Below, piece by piece: positions 9,358 through 19,093 of a stretch of DNA of 64,000 nt. A program made the translations under genes and the position numbers. Under the pieces are notes generated by a model. It did no database searches. It was given only the letters and a program-made list of their open reading frames with translations, and had not been told where the DNA came from. Source of the stretch: Rickettsiales bacterium UBA6177 (GTDB lineage Bacteria; Pseudomonadota; Alphaproteobacteria; Rickettsiales; UBA6177); NCBI GenBank assembly GCA_002422875.1, contig DITT01000028.1, positions 20,861 to 84,860 of the forward strand. Reading direction: 5' to 3'. The stretch's first letter is position 1, and each line of letters begins with the position of its first letter.

Positions 9358-11927
9358 ATAAAACTCCATCTTTATTTAAAGTGCTCAAAAAAGAATTCTT
9401 AGACGATTTTAGTGAGTTACTTACAAGTATTAGAAAACCTAAAGGATCTCAAAATTTCACTAATGACTCTAGAAAAGTTAAAGATCAGAACTATCAGGAA
9501 AAAATCCTTATAGATTTTTTGCCATATAAAAGCTTTAACCCAAAATATAATATATTTGAAAACAATAATACACACGGATTTATCTTAAGAGTAAGTCACT
9601 TTACTGGTATCAATGAACAAACAAAAAACTCTTTAAGAAATTTAATTAATGATTTTCCAGATGATCTCACAGTTCAGATCATAAATTATGCCTCACCTAG
9701 AATTGGTAATCTTTTAGATTATTGGTTTGAATCTGGAAATAATAAAGCTATTTATAAGAAAATAACTGAAAAAAGATTGCAGTTTTTTCAAAATGGAAGC
9801 CTACAGAGTATTTTAGGTAATAAGCAATCAATGCTTATTAGAAATTATGAATTATATTTTTGTTTTTCTATGCCAAAAGCCTTGACTTCCTCTGGTAGCG
9901 AAGAAAATTTATTAAGACTTAAAGCACTTAAAGAAAAAACCATTGAAGGCTTTAGAAGTATTGATAGTGAAGCTGTAATTTTAGATGATAAAGATTTTGC
10001 AGGAATGTTAGGCGAAATTCTAATTCCATCTAATCACATATATAAAGAACAGATAAACCAAAAGCAAAATAATATCTCAAATTATTTTAAATCAGATCTA
10101 AAGATAGAGATGTGCCATGACGAGGTTAAATTTGGAGATTTTAATTATATCACTTTTGAAATAACAGATTTTCCAGAAATATGGGATTTAGAAAATAGTA
10201 TAGATTTTATCGGACAATTTTATAATTCAACTTCAATACCGTGTCCATTTTATATTAGTTACGGTTTTACCCTTAAAGACTCTAAAGAATCTGAAAGAAC
10301 AGCTAATAAATATAGAATGATAAAAACTCAACAAGGTGATTCAAAGTTGTTGATGTTTTTCCCTAGGATGCTAGATGAGATAAATGATTGGCGTTATGTC
10401 GGAGAAAGAGTAAACCAAGGTGAGAGGCTTGGTAAAATAGTTATGTATGTAACCTTACTTGCTTCAAGCCAAGCGCAAGCTGATAAATCTACTTCATTCA
10501 TAACTGATCATTTTGCAAGGCTTAAGTTTAAAATAGAACAAGTTAAATATGATACTGTAAATAGTTTTTTACATACACTTCCTTTTGGAATAGCAGAAAA
10601 CTGGCAAATCTTGAATCAGTTAAAAGTACCATCAACTACTCTATCAGGTGCTGCAATAAATCTTATGCCAGTATTTGCAGATATGCAAAATTATTCCAAC
10701 CCTTTAATGCTATTTGTAGGTAGAAGAGGACAGATATTCTTTTTTGATAATTTTAAAACAGCTGACAATATTAATGGAAATTTTAATATGGTTATTGTTG
10801 GTAATTCTGGTCGTGGTAAATCAGTTTGGATGCAGGAATATACAACTGCAATGTTACGTCATAATGGACAAATTATAATTATTGATGATGGTAGAAGTTT
10901 TAAAAACACTTGTGAGTTATTTGATGGTGACTTTGTAAATTTTGGTGGTGGTGATTTTTGTATAAATCCATTTTCGCTGTACCGAGAAAAATCAGGTACT
11001 GAAGAAAATGACGAATATAAAGAATATTTTGCTGAGCCATTTATTGATCTCATTGTCTCGATATTATGCATTGTAATCAATATTGATAAGAATAACAATT
11101 TTGATATTCAAGTTGGTAAATACCGTGCTGTACTTGAAAATGCCGTTGAAACTGTAATGAATACAAAAGGATCAACAGGTGGTTTTAATGATATCAGAAA
11201 TGAGCTGATTAATAATGATAAAATCAGAACTCCACAAACAAAGCAGATTTGCGATGATGTTGAATATATTTTAAGAAAATATAGTAAAAATGGTAGATAT
11301 GAGAAATATTTTAATGGTCCCTCTACCTTAAATATTACCAATGATTTTACAGTCTTTGAACTAAGCGACCTTCAGCATAATATTATCTTACAAAATGCTG
11401 TTTTAATGACAGTTGTATTTTTGGTATATGCCAAAATGCAAGGAAGAGACAGACGAACTGCATTAATGATCGATGAATTTTGGAGATTAGGATTGCATCC
11501 AGCGTTAAAAGAACCAATTGAAGGATTTGCAAGACGTGGAAGGAAATATAATCTAAGCCTAATTTTAGCATCTCAGTGTATGTCAGATTTTAGTCATACC
11601 AACAGTCCTGCAGGAGCTGCAGCACTTGCTCAGTCTGATTGGAGAATAATGTTATCTGTTGATGGCAAAGACGAAGGGATGCTTAAATCAGAATTAAAGA
11701 TGTCAATATCAGAAATTGAAATAGCAAATAACCTATCTGGTTTAAAAGGCGCTTATTCAGAATTTATGATTAGGCATAAAAATAATGTATGGCAAATAGG
11801 TAGGCTTTTACTTGATCCCTTTTCTGCAAAACTTTATTCAACAAAAGCAGAAGATGTTGCTGCAGTTAAGAAGATGAAATCAGAAGGACTAAAAACTGAA
11901 GAAGCAATTGAGAGGCTGCTGCAATGA
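9354..11927 (+). CDS. traC: F-type T4SS ATPase TraC (VirB4 family)
   Basis: This 857-aa protein has Walker A VGNSGRGKSV and Walker B ALMIDEFW. ASQ and other VirB4-like C-terminal motifs are present. Confidence 0.9.
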   Translation: MNKTPSLFKVLKKEFLDDFSELLTSIRKPKGSQNFTNDSRKVKDQNYQEKILIDFLPYKSFNPKYNIFENNNTHGFILRVSHFTGINEQTKNSLRNLINDFPDDLTVQIINYASPRIGNLLDYWFESGNNKAIYKKITEKRLQFFQNGSLQSILGNKQSMLIRNYELYFCFSMPKALTSSGSEENLLRLKALKEKTIEGFRSIDSEAVILDDKDFAGMLGEILIPSNHIYKEQINQKQNNISNYFKSDLKIEMCHDEVKFGDFNYITFEITDFPEIWDLENSIDFIGQFYNSTSIPCPFYISYGFTLKDSKESERTANKYRMIKTQQGDSKLLMFFPRMLDEINDWRYVGERVNQGERLGKIVMYVTLLASSQAQADKSTSFITDHFARLKFKIEQVKYDTVNSFLHTLPFGIAENWQILNQLKVPSTTLSGAAINLMPVFADMQNYSNPLMLFVGRRGQIFFFDNFKTADNINGNFNMVIVGNSGRGKSVWMQEYTTAMLRHNGQIIIIDDGRSFKNTCELFDGDFVNFGGGDFCINPFSLYREKSGTEENDEYKEYFAEPFIDLIVSILCIVINIDKNNNFDIQVGKYRAVLENAVETVMNTKGSTGGFNDIRNELINNDKIRTPQTKQICDDVEYILRKYSKNGRYEKYFNGPSTLNITNDFTVFELSDLQHNIILQNAVLMTVVFLVYAKMQGRDRRTALMIDEFWRLGLHPALKEPIEGFARRGRKYNLSLILASQCMSDFSHTNSPAGAAALAQSDWRIMLSVDGKDEGMLKSELKMSISEIEIANNLSGLKGAYSEFMIRHKNNVWQIGRLLLDPFSAKLYSTKAEDVAAVKKMKSEGLKTEEAIERLLQ

Positions 11928-12523
11928 AGTTTTATCTCTTAATGTTTATATTTACTTTAATAATAAATCAGCAGGTATTAGCCAAGGATTTTGGTGTACA
12001 AGGACATTGCTTTGCAATTGTTGAAGAAAATATTCTAGAGCTCATAGAGAAAAAACTAAAAAACATAGATTTAAAAACATTAAATGAGAAGCTAAAGCAG
12101 CAAACTATCGATTATGTTGAAAATCCTAAAGCCATAGCAGGCATTATCTCAGCTAAAGAAAATAAGATCTTTTACTTTGATCCAAGCTATGTAGTTCAAG
12201 AAAATATTTATGATCATAAAAGTACGCTTATACAAGCAAAAGGAACAAAGATTAATCCACTTGATCATGTGGCACTTTCAAAGCCATTAATCTTTATTGA
12301 TGGTGATGATGAGAAACAAGTCAATTTGGCCCTAACTTATAGACGTGCTAAACTAATTTTAGTTAAAGGTTCACCCTTAAAACTTCAAAGAACACATAAA
12401 AGATGGATTTATTTTGATCAAGCAGGTTTTATTACAAGTAAACTAAAAATTAGAGAAGTACCTGCTTTAGTTGAGCAAGAAGAAAAGCGACTGAAAATCA
12501 GTATTATAGGAGATATCAGATGA
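11924..12523 (+). CDS. traW: F-type T4SS protein TraW
   Basis: It has a signal peptide and then DFGVQGHCFAIVEENILELIEKKL, typical of the TraW N-terminus. It follows traC with a 4-nt overlap. Confidence 0.7.
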   Translation: MKFYLLMFIFTLIINQQVLAKDFGVQGHCFAIVEENILELIEKKLKNIDLKTLNEKLKQQTIDYVENPKAIAGIISAKENKIFYFDPSYVVQENIYDHKSTLIQAKGTKINPLDHVALSKPLIFIDGDDEKQVNLALTYRRAKLILVKGSPLKLQRTHKRWIYFDQAGFITSKLKIREVPALVEQEEKRLKISIIGDIR

Positions 12524-13500
12524 AAAAGATATTTTCTATAATATTTATAATTATAACATTATCCTGTAATTCAGCATTTGCTAAAAAATGCACTGGTAAA
12601 TTTGTAAATCCAATTACAGATATAGAGTGGAGCTGTATGTTTCCAATAACTATTGGATCTGTTGAAATAGTTGGCAGTGATTTAGCTGATACCAAAAATC
12701 CAAGCTCTCCTATTTGTTTATGTCCCAAATTTGGTATTCCTACTCCCGGTATAGTTGGTGGTTACTTTGAACCTGCAAGAATGGTTGATGTATCCCAAGA
12801 GCCATATTGTTTTGTAAATATAGGAGGCTTAGAAATTGATATGGGATTTGAACGTAGTCAAGGTGGAAGAGCAAAATCTGCAAGTAGCAAGATATCTACT
12901 TGGTATGCTCACTATTATATTTACCCTATTTTATCAATGCTTGAAATCTTTACTGATTTTATTTGCTTACAAGAGATTAATTTTGACCCTTTATGGATAA
13001 CAGAACTTGATCCATCAGGAAATGATGATGAACTTGCTATGATTCTGCATCCTGAGAGCTTCTTATATAATAACATTGTTGCTCAAGCAGCATGTGCTGC
13101 TGATTGTGCATCGAGCTCAGTGGCAGGAAAGCCAATAGATAGGCTGCACTGGTGCGCAGGCTGTCAAGGTAGTATGTATCCGATGAACAGCAATGTTAAT
13201 GCTCATATTGGTGGAGTACAATCATCACTTAATGTTGCTGAAAAAATTACTTTCAAAATGCATAGACAAGGTATGGCTCATCAAACTTCTAGTGATAGCG
13301 TAAAAGAAATCTGCACTAAAAAGCTTGCACCAATAATGAAAAAGAGTCATTACCGCTATCAATTAGTTAATCCTGATGTAGGGTCTTGCGCTCCTTTTGG
13401 CAAAACAACTACTGTCTTTGAAGCAAATAAAGAAACACCCATTGTTGGTGAAGATTTTGGATATCTTATATGGAGGAAAAAGTCATGTTGCGTCTTCTGA
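12520..13500 (+). CDS. traU: F-type T4SS protein TraU
   Basis: The signature CTGKFVNPITDIEWSCMFPITIGS is present and the protein is cysteine-rich throughout. Confidence 0.85.
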   Translation: MKKIFSIIFIIITLSCNSAFAKKCTGKFVNPITDIEWSCMFPITIGSVEIVGSDLADTKNPSSPICLCPKFGIPTPGIVGGYFEPARMVDVSQEPYCFVNIGGLEIDMGFERSQGGRAKSASSKISTWYAHYYIYPILSMLEIFTDFICLQEINFDPLWITELDPSGNDDELAMILHPESFLYNNIVAQAACAADCASSSVAGKPIDRLHWCAGCQGSMYPMNSNVNAHIGGVQSSLNVAEKITFKMHRQGMAHQTSSDSVKEICTKKLAPIMKKSHYRYQLVNPDVGSCAPFGKTTTVFEANKETPIVGEDFGYLIWRKKSCCVF

Positions 13501-13919
13501 TTTTCCTAACTTTCATTAGTTCTAATGCTTTTGCCTGTGAAACGCCTCAGAAGGAAGGTTTTAGGATTTTTGTTAGTTTCTCAATACCTAAACAAACATT
13601 AGTTAATCTTGATCATTTGGCTCGAAGAATTGGAGCAAAATTAGTTATTAGAGGCCTAAGGAATAATTCATTTAAAGATACATTTAATTATGCAAAATCA
13701 TTAAGTGGAAACGGAGTAGTGATAGATATAGACCCAAAAAGCTTTGAGGAATACCAAATCAAGCAAGTGCCTGCCTTTGTTATCAATAAGGGGAGTAACT
13801 ACGATAAACTTACTGGCAATGTAAGCATTATTCATGCTTTAAAGGAATTCGCTACTAGTGGTGATCTAAAAGAAGAAGCTAAAAAATATTTAGAGAGGTT
13901 AGTAGATGAAAATCATTAA
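13470..13919 (+). CDS. trbC: F-type T4SS protein TrbC
   Basis: It has a signal peptide and then FRIFVSFSIPKQTLVNLDHLARRIGAKLVIRGL ... VPAFVI, the TrbC_Ftype pattern. The real start may be the ATG at 13485. Confidence 0.6.
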   Translation: MEEKVMLRLLIFLTFISSNAFACETPQKEGFRIFVSFSIPKQTLVNLDHLARRIGAKLVIRGLRNNSFKDTFNYAKSLSGNGVVIDIDPKSFEEYQIKQVPAFVINKGSNYDKLTGNVSIIHALKEFATSGDLKEEAKKYLERLVDENH

Positions 13920-15039
13920 TCTTATATTTATTTTAGTTGTCGTTAGTTTTGCTTTTCATCTTTCTTATGCAAATAACATAGATATCAATAAGTATTTTAA
14001 TGAACTGCAGGGGCAAATTGGTTATGAAGGTACTGATGATGTTGTTGGTCAGAGTAACTCAATCGAGGATTTAGAAAGCAAAGGAAATGCCCATAAAGAA
14101 GATTCAGAAGAGGAGAATAAATGCACTAAGAAAAGTTGTAATGTTAAAAATATATTTGGCAACAAAGCTTCTCAAGAGAGACAGCAAAAGGCTGAAGAAA
14201 CAGGAATAAATCGTAATAAGAGCGGCTTTTTAGATAAAGCAATTAATCTTGTTAAAAATGCTAAGAATAATAATGAATTTGGTTATTTAAATGGTGAGCA
14301 AGAATCTTGTGAAGACAAAGAGGAAACTATAGAAAGTAGCAAAACAGAAAAATGTGATGAATATTATACTCAAGAGCAATCTAGCTGTTTTCCTAAGCAA
14401 GTTGTCGAAATAGATCCTAAATATCATTATGGGTGTCATAAGAAACGTGATGTAAAAGAAAAAATCTGTGAAGATAGAATCACTAATATTAAGTGTAAGC
14501 AAAGTAAAGAATGTGATCTTGGAGGTATAGAGCCAGACTCTATTGCTTCTGACATGATGATTCATAGTGATAAAGGTGTTTTAACTATAGGAACAATAGC
14601 ACTTAATTATTGGAGTGGAAATTGTAATTTATACGATAAGAATACAACATTTAAAATAAAGAATCTAAGAGCGATCAAGGATTTTACTATATTCAATGTC
14701 GGCTTTGATGATTATATGGAAATTTTTGTTAATGGTGTATCGGTATATGCAGGGCCTGATGGTGGTAAGGACTTAAAAGTTGTTTGGAAGAAGATTGGTT
14801 TCAGAGGCAATACTCCATATATTAATAATGGTCATCATGACAAGCATTGCGAGAGAAATACTGACAGGAACTTCACTGTAAACATTGATCTAAAACCTTA
14901 TTTAAGAGAAGGAGAAAATAGCATCAGAATAAAAGTTTTTGTAACAGGCTATGGCGAAGGATGGCTAAAAATAAGAGCAAAACAAAATTGTTGTAGTAAT
15001 TGGGATATTACAAGAGAGGAAAAATGCCGATTAGAGTAA
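13906..15039 (+). CDS. Secreted cysteine-rich protein equivalent to the N-terminal part of TraN, with a PA14/lectin-like beta-sandwich C-terminus
   Basis: It has its own signal peptide (VVVSFAFHLSYA). Cysteine spacing (CFPKQVVEIDPKYHYGCHKKRDVKEKICEDRITNIKC) recalls the N-terminal half of F TraN. The C-terminus reads FNVGFDDYMEIFVNGVSVYAGPDGG...IRIKVFVTGYGEGWLKI. Confidence 0.5.
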   Translation: MKIINLIFILVVVSFAFHLSYANNIDINKYFNELQGQIGYEGTDDVVGQSNSIEDLESKGNAHKEDSEEENKCTKKSCNVKNIFGNKASQERQQKAEETGINRNKSGFLDKAINLVKNAKNNNEFGYLNGEQESCEDKEETIESSKTEKCDEYYTQEQSSCFPKQVVEIDPKYHYGCHKKRDVKEKICEDRITNIKCKQSKECDLGGIEPDSIASDMMIHSDKGVLTIGTIALNYWSGNCNLYDKNTTFKIKNLRAIKDFTIFNVGFDDYMEIFVNGVSVYAGPDGGKDLKVVWKKIGFRGNTPYINNGHHDKHCERNTDRNFTVNIDLKPYLREGENSIRIKVFVTGYGEGWLKIRAKQNCCSNWDITREEKCRLE

Positions 15040-16424
15040 TTTTTCTTTCTTTTCTTTTTAGTCTTATTTTTGTTTCTCTTTTAAGTGGTTTCAACAGTTT
15101 TGCTTTTGATGTTGAAAGCTGTAAAATCGTACAAAAGAAAGACTGCGCTGAATATAGTGAAAGAATTATAGATGGCATACCAACTACTCAATGTTGGAGA
15201 TATGTAGAAAAATCAGCTTGTGTTTCTAAAGAAAAGAATAATTGTGATTTATTTGAAAATAACCGCGGATGTAGAGAGTTAACTGGTGAATGTTTAGAGC
15301 ATACCTCTTTAGGTCATTGCAAGGATTATCAAAAGAAATTCATTTGTGGCTCTAAATTTGACCGAAATAATGACAATACAGAAATTAAACATATTGATAC
15401 TGAATATAATATTCTGAAAGATGAAAAAGATTTATCAAATTGCTCTGAGAATGAAAAAAGAGATTCTTGTGAATTTGCAGAAGAAGTTTGTATAGAAGGA
15501 CCTGAAACTAGGAATATCAATGGTAAAGAAATCAAAAAAGATTGCTGGAAATGGAAGAAAAAATATGTTTGTAGAAAAGCAAATACAAATAGCTTTATTG
15601 ATGAGTGTAAAGAATTTAAACAAGATAAAAATTGTAAAGAAATAGCTCGCGAATGTTTATATAAAAACCAAAAGAGTAATGAATGTGAGCATTATGAAGT
15701 TGAATATAACTGTACTAATAAAGAAATTGTAAAAAGAGAATGCATTAAGAATAAATTTTGTATTGGTGATATTTGTAAAGAAAAGCAAAGATCTTCTCAT
15801 AATGATTTTGGCAAAAGCATAAGCTACTTAAATATTTTAGCTGGTATGAAATCTACTGATTTGGAAGGATGTAAATGTCCTGAAGGGAAAGAAACATGTA
15901 TTCCAAATGAAATTGATTCTAGAAATTGTAAGTTTTTTAGTGGAAAACAACATATATGCCGTTGTCACACAGGTGAATTTAACTGCTGCGGTGATAGAGG
16001 GTTTTTGCGTCCTTTAATTAGATGCGAACAGCATGAAAAAGATCTGATTCAAAAGCGACGATCTGGATTATGTCATCATGTAGGTTCTTGGAAAGGTAAA
16101 AAGCTAGAATTTTATAAAAGCTGGCAATCACATTGTTGCTTTAAAAGTAAGTTAGCAAAAATTATACAAGTACAGGGAAGAAAACAACTTGGCATTGAAT
16201 GGGGAGATAGAAAAAACCCAGATTGTAGGGCACTAACTTTAGATGAAATAAAAAGAATTGATTTTTCTAAGATAGATTTTAGTGAAGCATTTAGTGAATT
16301 TGAAGCCAAGTCAACGTCATCAATCAATGCTCAAAAATCTAAGATGAAATCTAAAATAGAGGATCTAAAAAATAACCCTTCACAAAATGCTATCAATAAA
16401 AAGATTCAGGAGTTTTACAAATGA
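15024..16424 (+). CDS. traN: F-type mating-pair stabilisation protein TraN (conserved C-terminal two-thirds)
   Basis: The ATG at 15024 follows GAGAGGAAAA and the protein has its own signal peptide. Motifs are CW(R/K)Y, multiple CxxC-rich modules, and the TraN C-terminal signature CCGDRGF...GLCHHVGSW...HCCFKSKLAKIIQVQGRKQLG...PDCRALTLDEIKRIDFSKIDFSE. Confidence 0.8.
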   Translation: MPIRVIFLSFLFSLIFVSLLSGFNSFAFDVESCKIVQKKDCAEYSERIIDGIPTTQCWRYVEKSACVSKEKNNCDLFENNRGCRELTGECLEHTSLGHCKDYQKKFICGSKFDRNNDNTEIKHIDTEYNILKDEKDLSNCSENEKRDSCEFAEEVCIEGPETRNINGKEIKKDCWKWKKKYVCRKANTNSFIDECKEFKQDKNCKEIARECLYKNQKSNECEHYEVEYNCTNKEIVKRECIKNKFCIGDICKEKQRSSHNDFGKSISYLNILAGMKSTDLEGCKCPEGKETCIPNEIDSRNCKFFSGKQHICRCHTGEFNCCGDRGFLRPLIRCEQHEKDLIQKRRSGLCHHVGSWKGKKLEFYKSWQSHCCFKSKLAKIIQVQGRKQLGIEWGDRKNPDCRALTLDEIKRIDFSKIDFSEAFSEFEAKSTSSINAQKSKMKSKIEDLKNNPSQNAINKKIQEFYK

Positions 16425-16444
16425 CACCTGATTATATACAAAAG

Positions 16445-16816
16445 CTAAGCAACAAAAAGTTTAAAAATCACAGTGCAAAACATACCAATGATAGTAATAA
16501 GCAATGGTATCATCCATTTGAGCAAAGTTGCTTCAAGCTTATGAAGATCTTCTTTTGTTGCCATATTTTTTTCAATAGATTCAAATCTTTGATCAGCAAG
16601 TTCAAACTTACTGTCAAATTTATTTTCAAGATGCTGAATATGCATATCAATCTGCTCTTTACTTGCAAGTTTAGAGAAGTCATATTCTCTGCTTTCAGCA
16701 ACAGTATTAACAATAGCTTCAGCTTGTTCTTCAGTAAGACCAGCATTCTTAATGATTTTTATAAATTTATATGTGTCAAAACTATGCATTGTAAAACTTC
16801 TCGCTTGTTGTCTCAT
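16445..16816 (-). CDS. DUF1640/CCDC90-like coiled-coil protein with C-terminal TM anchor
   Basis: It lies on the opposite strand inside the tra operon. FDTYKFIKIIKNAGLTEEQAEAIVNTV, then LASKEQIDMHIQHLE...MATKEDLHKLEATLLKWMIPLLITIIGMF matches the DUF1640 pattern. The start may be the second Met at 16789. Confidence 0.6.
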   Translation of the reverse strand: MRQQARSFTMHSFDTYKFIKIIKNAGLTEEQAEAIVNTVAESREYDFSKLASKEQIDMHIQHLENKFDSKFELADQRFESIEKNMATKEDLHKLEATLLKWMIPLLITIIGMFCTVIFKLFVA

Positions 16817-17620
16817 ATTACGCCTTTAATTGTAACATTATTTTTTATTAATTGCTATAGAGTTATATTTGTTTTTCTACTTCTATGCACATCTTATACA
16901 GCAAACGCTTTCGAATTTACAGAAAAAATTTGTCGTGAATATGGCTTAGGTACAAATTGGCACTGTAAAAATGAGACTGAAGAACAAAGTAAGTTATCAG
17001 CAAAAGAAATCTTAAGCTCAAAAGTTCCTGACGAGCAAAAAGCTATATTGCTAAATCAGTTATGGGAGACACAAATTAAACGTGCCACTATCAGCGCTAA
17101 AAAAGAAGATATCTTAGAATTCCTTGAAACACATTATATTATTACTTCTAAGGGAATCGAATTTTCAAAGAACGTTCAGAAGATAATTGATAATTCTCCG
17201 CAATTATTTAAGAAAGACAGTTATTATTTAAATAAAGTAAATTCTGAAATTAAACAACAAGATCTTGAAGATGTTTTAGGTAATGCAAGCCGGCGATATG
17301 GCATAGTTTTTATCTATTCAAATACTTGCGCTCATTGTGTTAGGCAATTACCAATAGTGCAGAAATTATCTAAAAACTATAATTTAAAGACTCTTGGCAT
17401 TACTGATAGCAGTGAGTTTTTTGAAGAATTAGATAGTAATATTTTTGATGAAAATATTACCAATGATCCTTTGGTGCAAGCTTACCCTACTATATTACTT
17501 TTAGATAAAGAGCATCCTAAAAAGATTTTTATTTCTAAGGGTTTAACTACATATGATGATCTAGAAGAGAAAATCTACAGCAAAATTAAAGAACGAGAAA
17601 GTTCAAAGGAGGCAGAATGA
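16784..17620 (+). CDS. traF: F-type T4SS periplasmic thioredoxin-fold protein TraF/TrbB-like
   Basis: It has a signal peptide ending YTANA/FE, a TraF-like N-terminal region, and a thioredoxin motif SNTCAHCVRQLP. The listed ORF portion 16421-16783 is antisense to a better-supported gene. The start is uncertain (ATG 16784, or TTG at about 16806). Confidence 0.7.
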   Translation: MHCKTSRLLSHITPLIVTLFFINCYRVIFVFLLLCTSYTANAFEFTEKICREYGLGTNWHCKNETEEQSKLSAKEILSSKVPDEQKAILLNQLWETQIKRATISAKKEDILEFLETHYIITSKGIEFSKNVQKIIDNSPQLFKKDSYYLNKVNSEIKQQDLEDVLGNASRRYGIVFIYSNTCAHCVRQLPIVQKLSKNYNLKTLGITDSSEFFEELDSNIFDENITNDPLVQAYPTILLLDKEHPKKIFISKGLTTYDDLEEKIYSKIKERESSKEAE

Positions 17621-19005
17621 GAAAGTTTTGCATTTGTATTATCACCATATTTTATAGTTTTTATAGCATGGCATCTTATGCGAGTGTTCAAAATGATTTA
17701 GCAAAAGTTTGGGAATCTCTTGGTGGAGAATCTACTACTAATGGAGCAAATTTCTATAAAGGCCAAAAAGCTGGTCATTATACGTTAGGTTCCATGTATT
17801 TTGCACGTCAAAAGAAAAACAGACCATTAATTAGCATCAATCCTCCTGAAATTGATATTGATAAAAGCTGTTATAACCAAGGTGTACTTAACTTTGGCGG
17901 TATGTCTTTTATTTCTGGGGATGAAATTAAAAATAAACTTACCAGCATCTCTCAACAGGCAGGTCTGATGTTTGCTTATCTTGGTATAAGCTCTATTAGT
18001 CCAGTTATTGGCGAGACTCTGCAAGAAGTATATAGCAAGCTGCAAGAACTTGGTGGGTTTTTAGCAGATGAATGCCAAACAGCAAAACAAATAGTCAGTT
18101 TTGCTGGTAATAAGTTAGCTCAGCATTCTGAAATAGCAAAAGACATATTCGCTAAGCATAACTTATCACAAGGTAAGCAAAATGATTTATCAAATTCATA
18201 TGAGAAGTTTCCAAGCGGTAAAACAGCAGCTTTGAGTGATCTAGCTACAAAAGATGAGCGTTATATTATCGAAGATATTAATCTAGCCTGGAAAGCTATT
18301 GATAAATTAAAAATTGATTCCAAAGAAATCAAAGAATTAATGATGACGATGAGTGGCACGGTAATTATTAAAGCAGCCGCGAATGATAATGCTATGCCGA
18401 CATTTCAATATGTCTCTCCTCTTATCGTGAGCCCTACAAATCTAGAAGCACTTCTTAAAGGTGGTAAAGATATGAAGCTAATATCATGCAGTGATCAAGA
18501 TAAATGCTTAAATGTGTTAGAAAAAAATAAATTTATTGAAGTTGATAATAGCTTTGAAAATAAGGTAAACAAATATCTTAATGCCATCCAAACTGCATTA
18601 AAGGAAGATAAAGAGCTTGAGCAGAGTACGCAGAAATTCTTAAGCAATGCAGGCCTTCCTGCTTATGCAATTTATGACGTTCTTTATCAATTCACAAATG
18701 GAAATCCTGAGTATGAACAAGGCATGTTTGTTGAAGTGATTGCTTGGAATATTCTTTATAACTATCTCTCAGATATGCTTAAAGAAGTAAATGAAGCTGC
18801 AAATAATCTACAAATTGCAGCGAGTGAAGAGCTCAAAGAATTTAAAGAATCAATAAGAAATGCCCAAAAACTACTCAGTGATCACGAGATGAAAGATCTT
18901 TCACGTTATAAGCTGCAGCTATTTTTAGTAAAAAGAGCTGAAAATATGGAAAATGTAATTGCTGATGAAATTTCTGAAGCACTTAGTTTTGCAAGGAATA
19001 ATTAG
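17617..19005 (+). CDS. traH: F-type T4SS protein TraH
   Basis: It has a signal peptide and GANFYKGQKAGHYTLGSMYFARQ, typical of TraH. It is 462 aa and sits in the syntenic position. Confidence 0.8.
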   Translation: MRKFCICIITIFYSFYSMASYASVQNDLAKVWESLGGESTTNGANFYKGQKAGHYTLGSMYFARQKKNRPLISINPPEIDIDKSCYNQGVLNFGGMSFISGDEIKNKLTSISQQAGLMFAYLGISSISPVIGETLQEVYSKLQELGGFLADECQTAKQIVSFAGNKLAQHSEIAKDIFAKHNLSQGKQNDLSNSYEKFPSGKTAALSDLATKDERYIIEDINLAWKAIDKLKIDSKEIKELMMTMSGTVIIKAAANDNAMPTFQYVSPLIVSPTNLEALLKGGKDMKLISCSDQDKCLNVLEKNKFIEVDNSFENKVNKYLNAIQTALKEDKELEQSTQKFLSNAGLPAYAIYDVLYQFTNGNPEYEQGMFVEVIAWNILYNYLSDMLKEVNEAANNLQIAASEELKEFKESIRNAQKLLSDHEMKDLSRYKLQLFLVKRAENMENVIADEISEALSFARNN

Positions 19006-19093
19006 TTTAATAAATTGTGCAAGAGATGAAATAAAAATAGAAATCACAATTAAAAAAGAAGAAAAAATAAAAGAAAAAAAGAAAGAGAAAAAA

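Noticed and set aside
16421-16783. The N-terminal 120 codons of the listed 399-aa plus-strand ORF, read as an extension of TraF.
   Set aside because: This part is Phe/Lys/Ile-rich nonsense-like sequence. It lies exactly antisense to a minus-strand ORF with a recognisable DUF1640 pattern. TraF homology and its signal peptide begin only after about 16784.
18959-19093. A 45-codon extension of TraG and a purine-rich tract (AAAAAAGAAGAAAAAATAAAAGAAAAAAAGAAAGAGAAAAAA) upstream of its ATG.
   Set aside because: The extension overlaps the traH end and does not look like TraG. TraG proteins start like MNEFDIYTLG. The A/G tract is most simply an AT-rich spacer with RBS, and I see no evidence for a slippery site.
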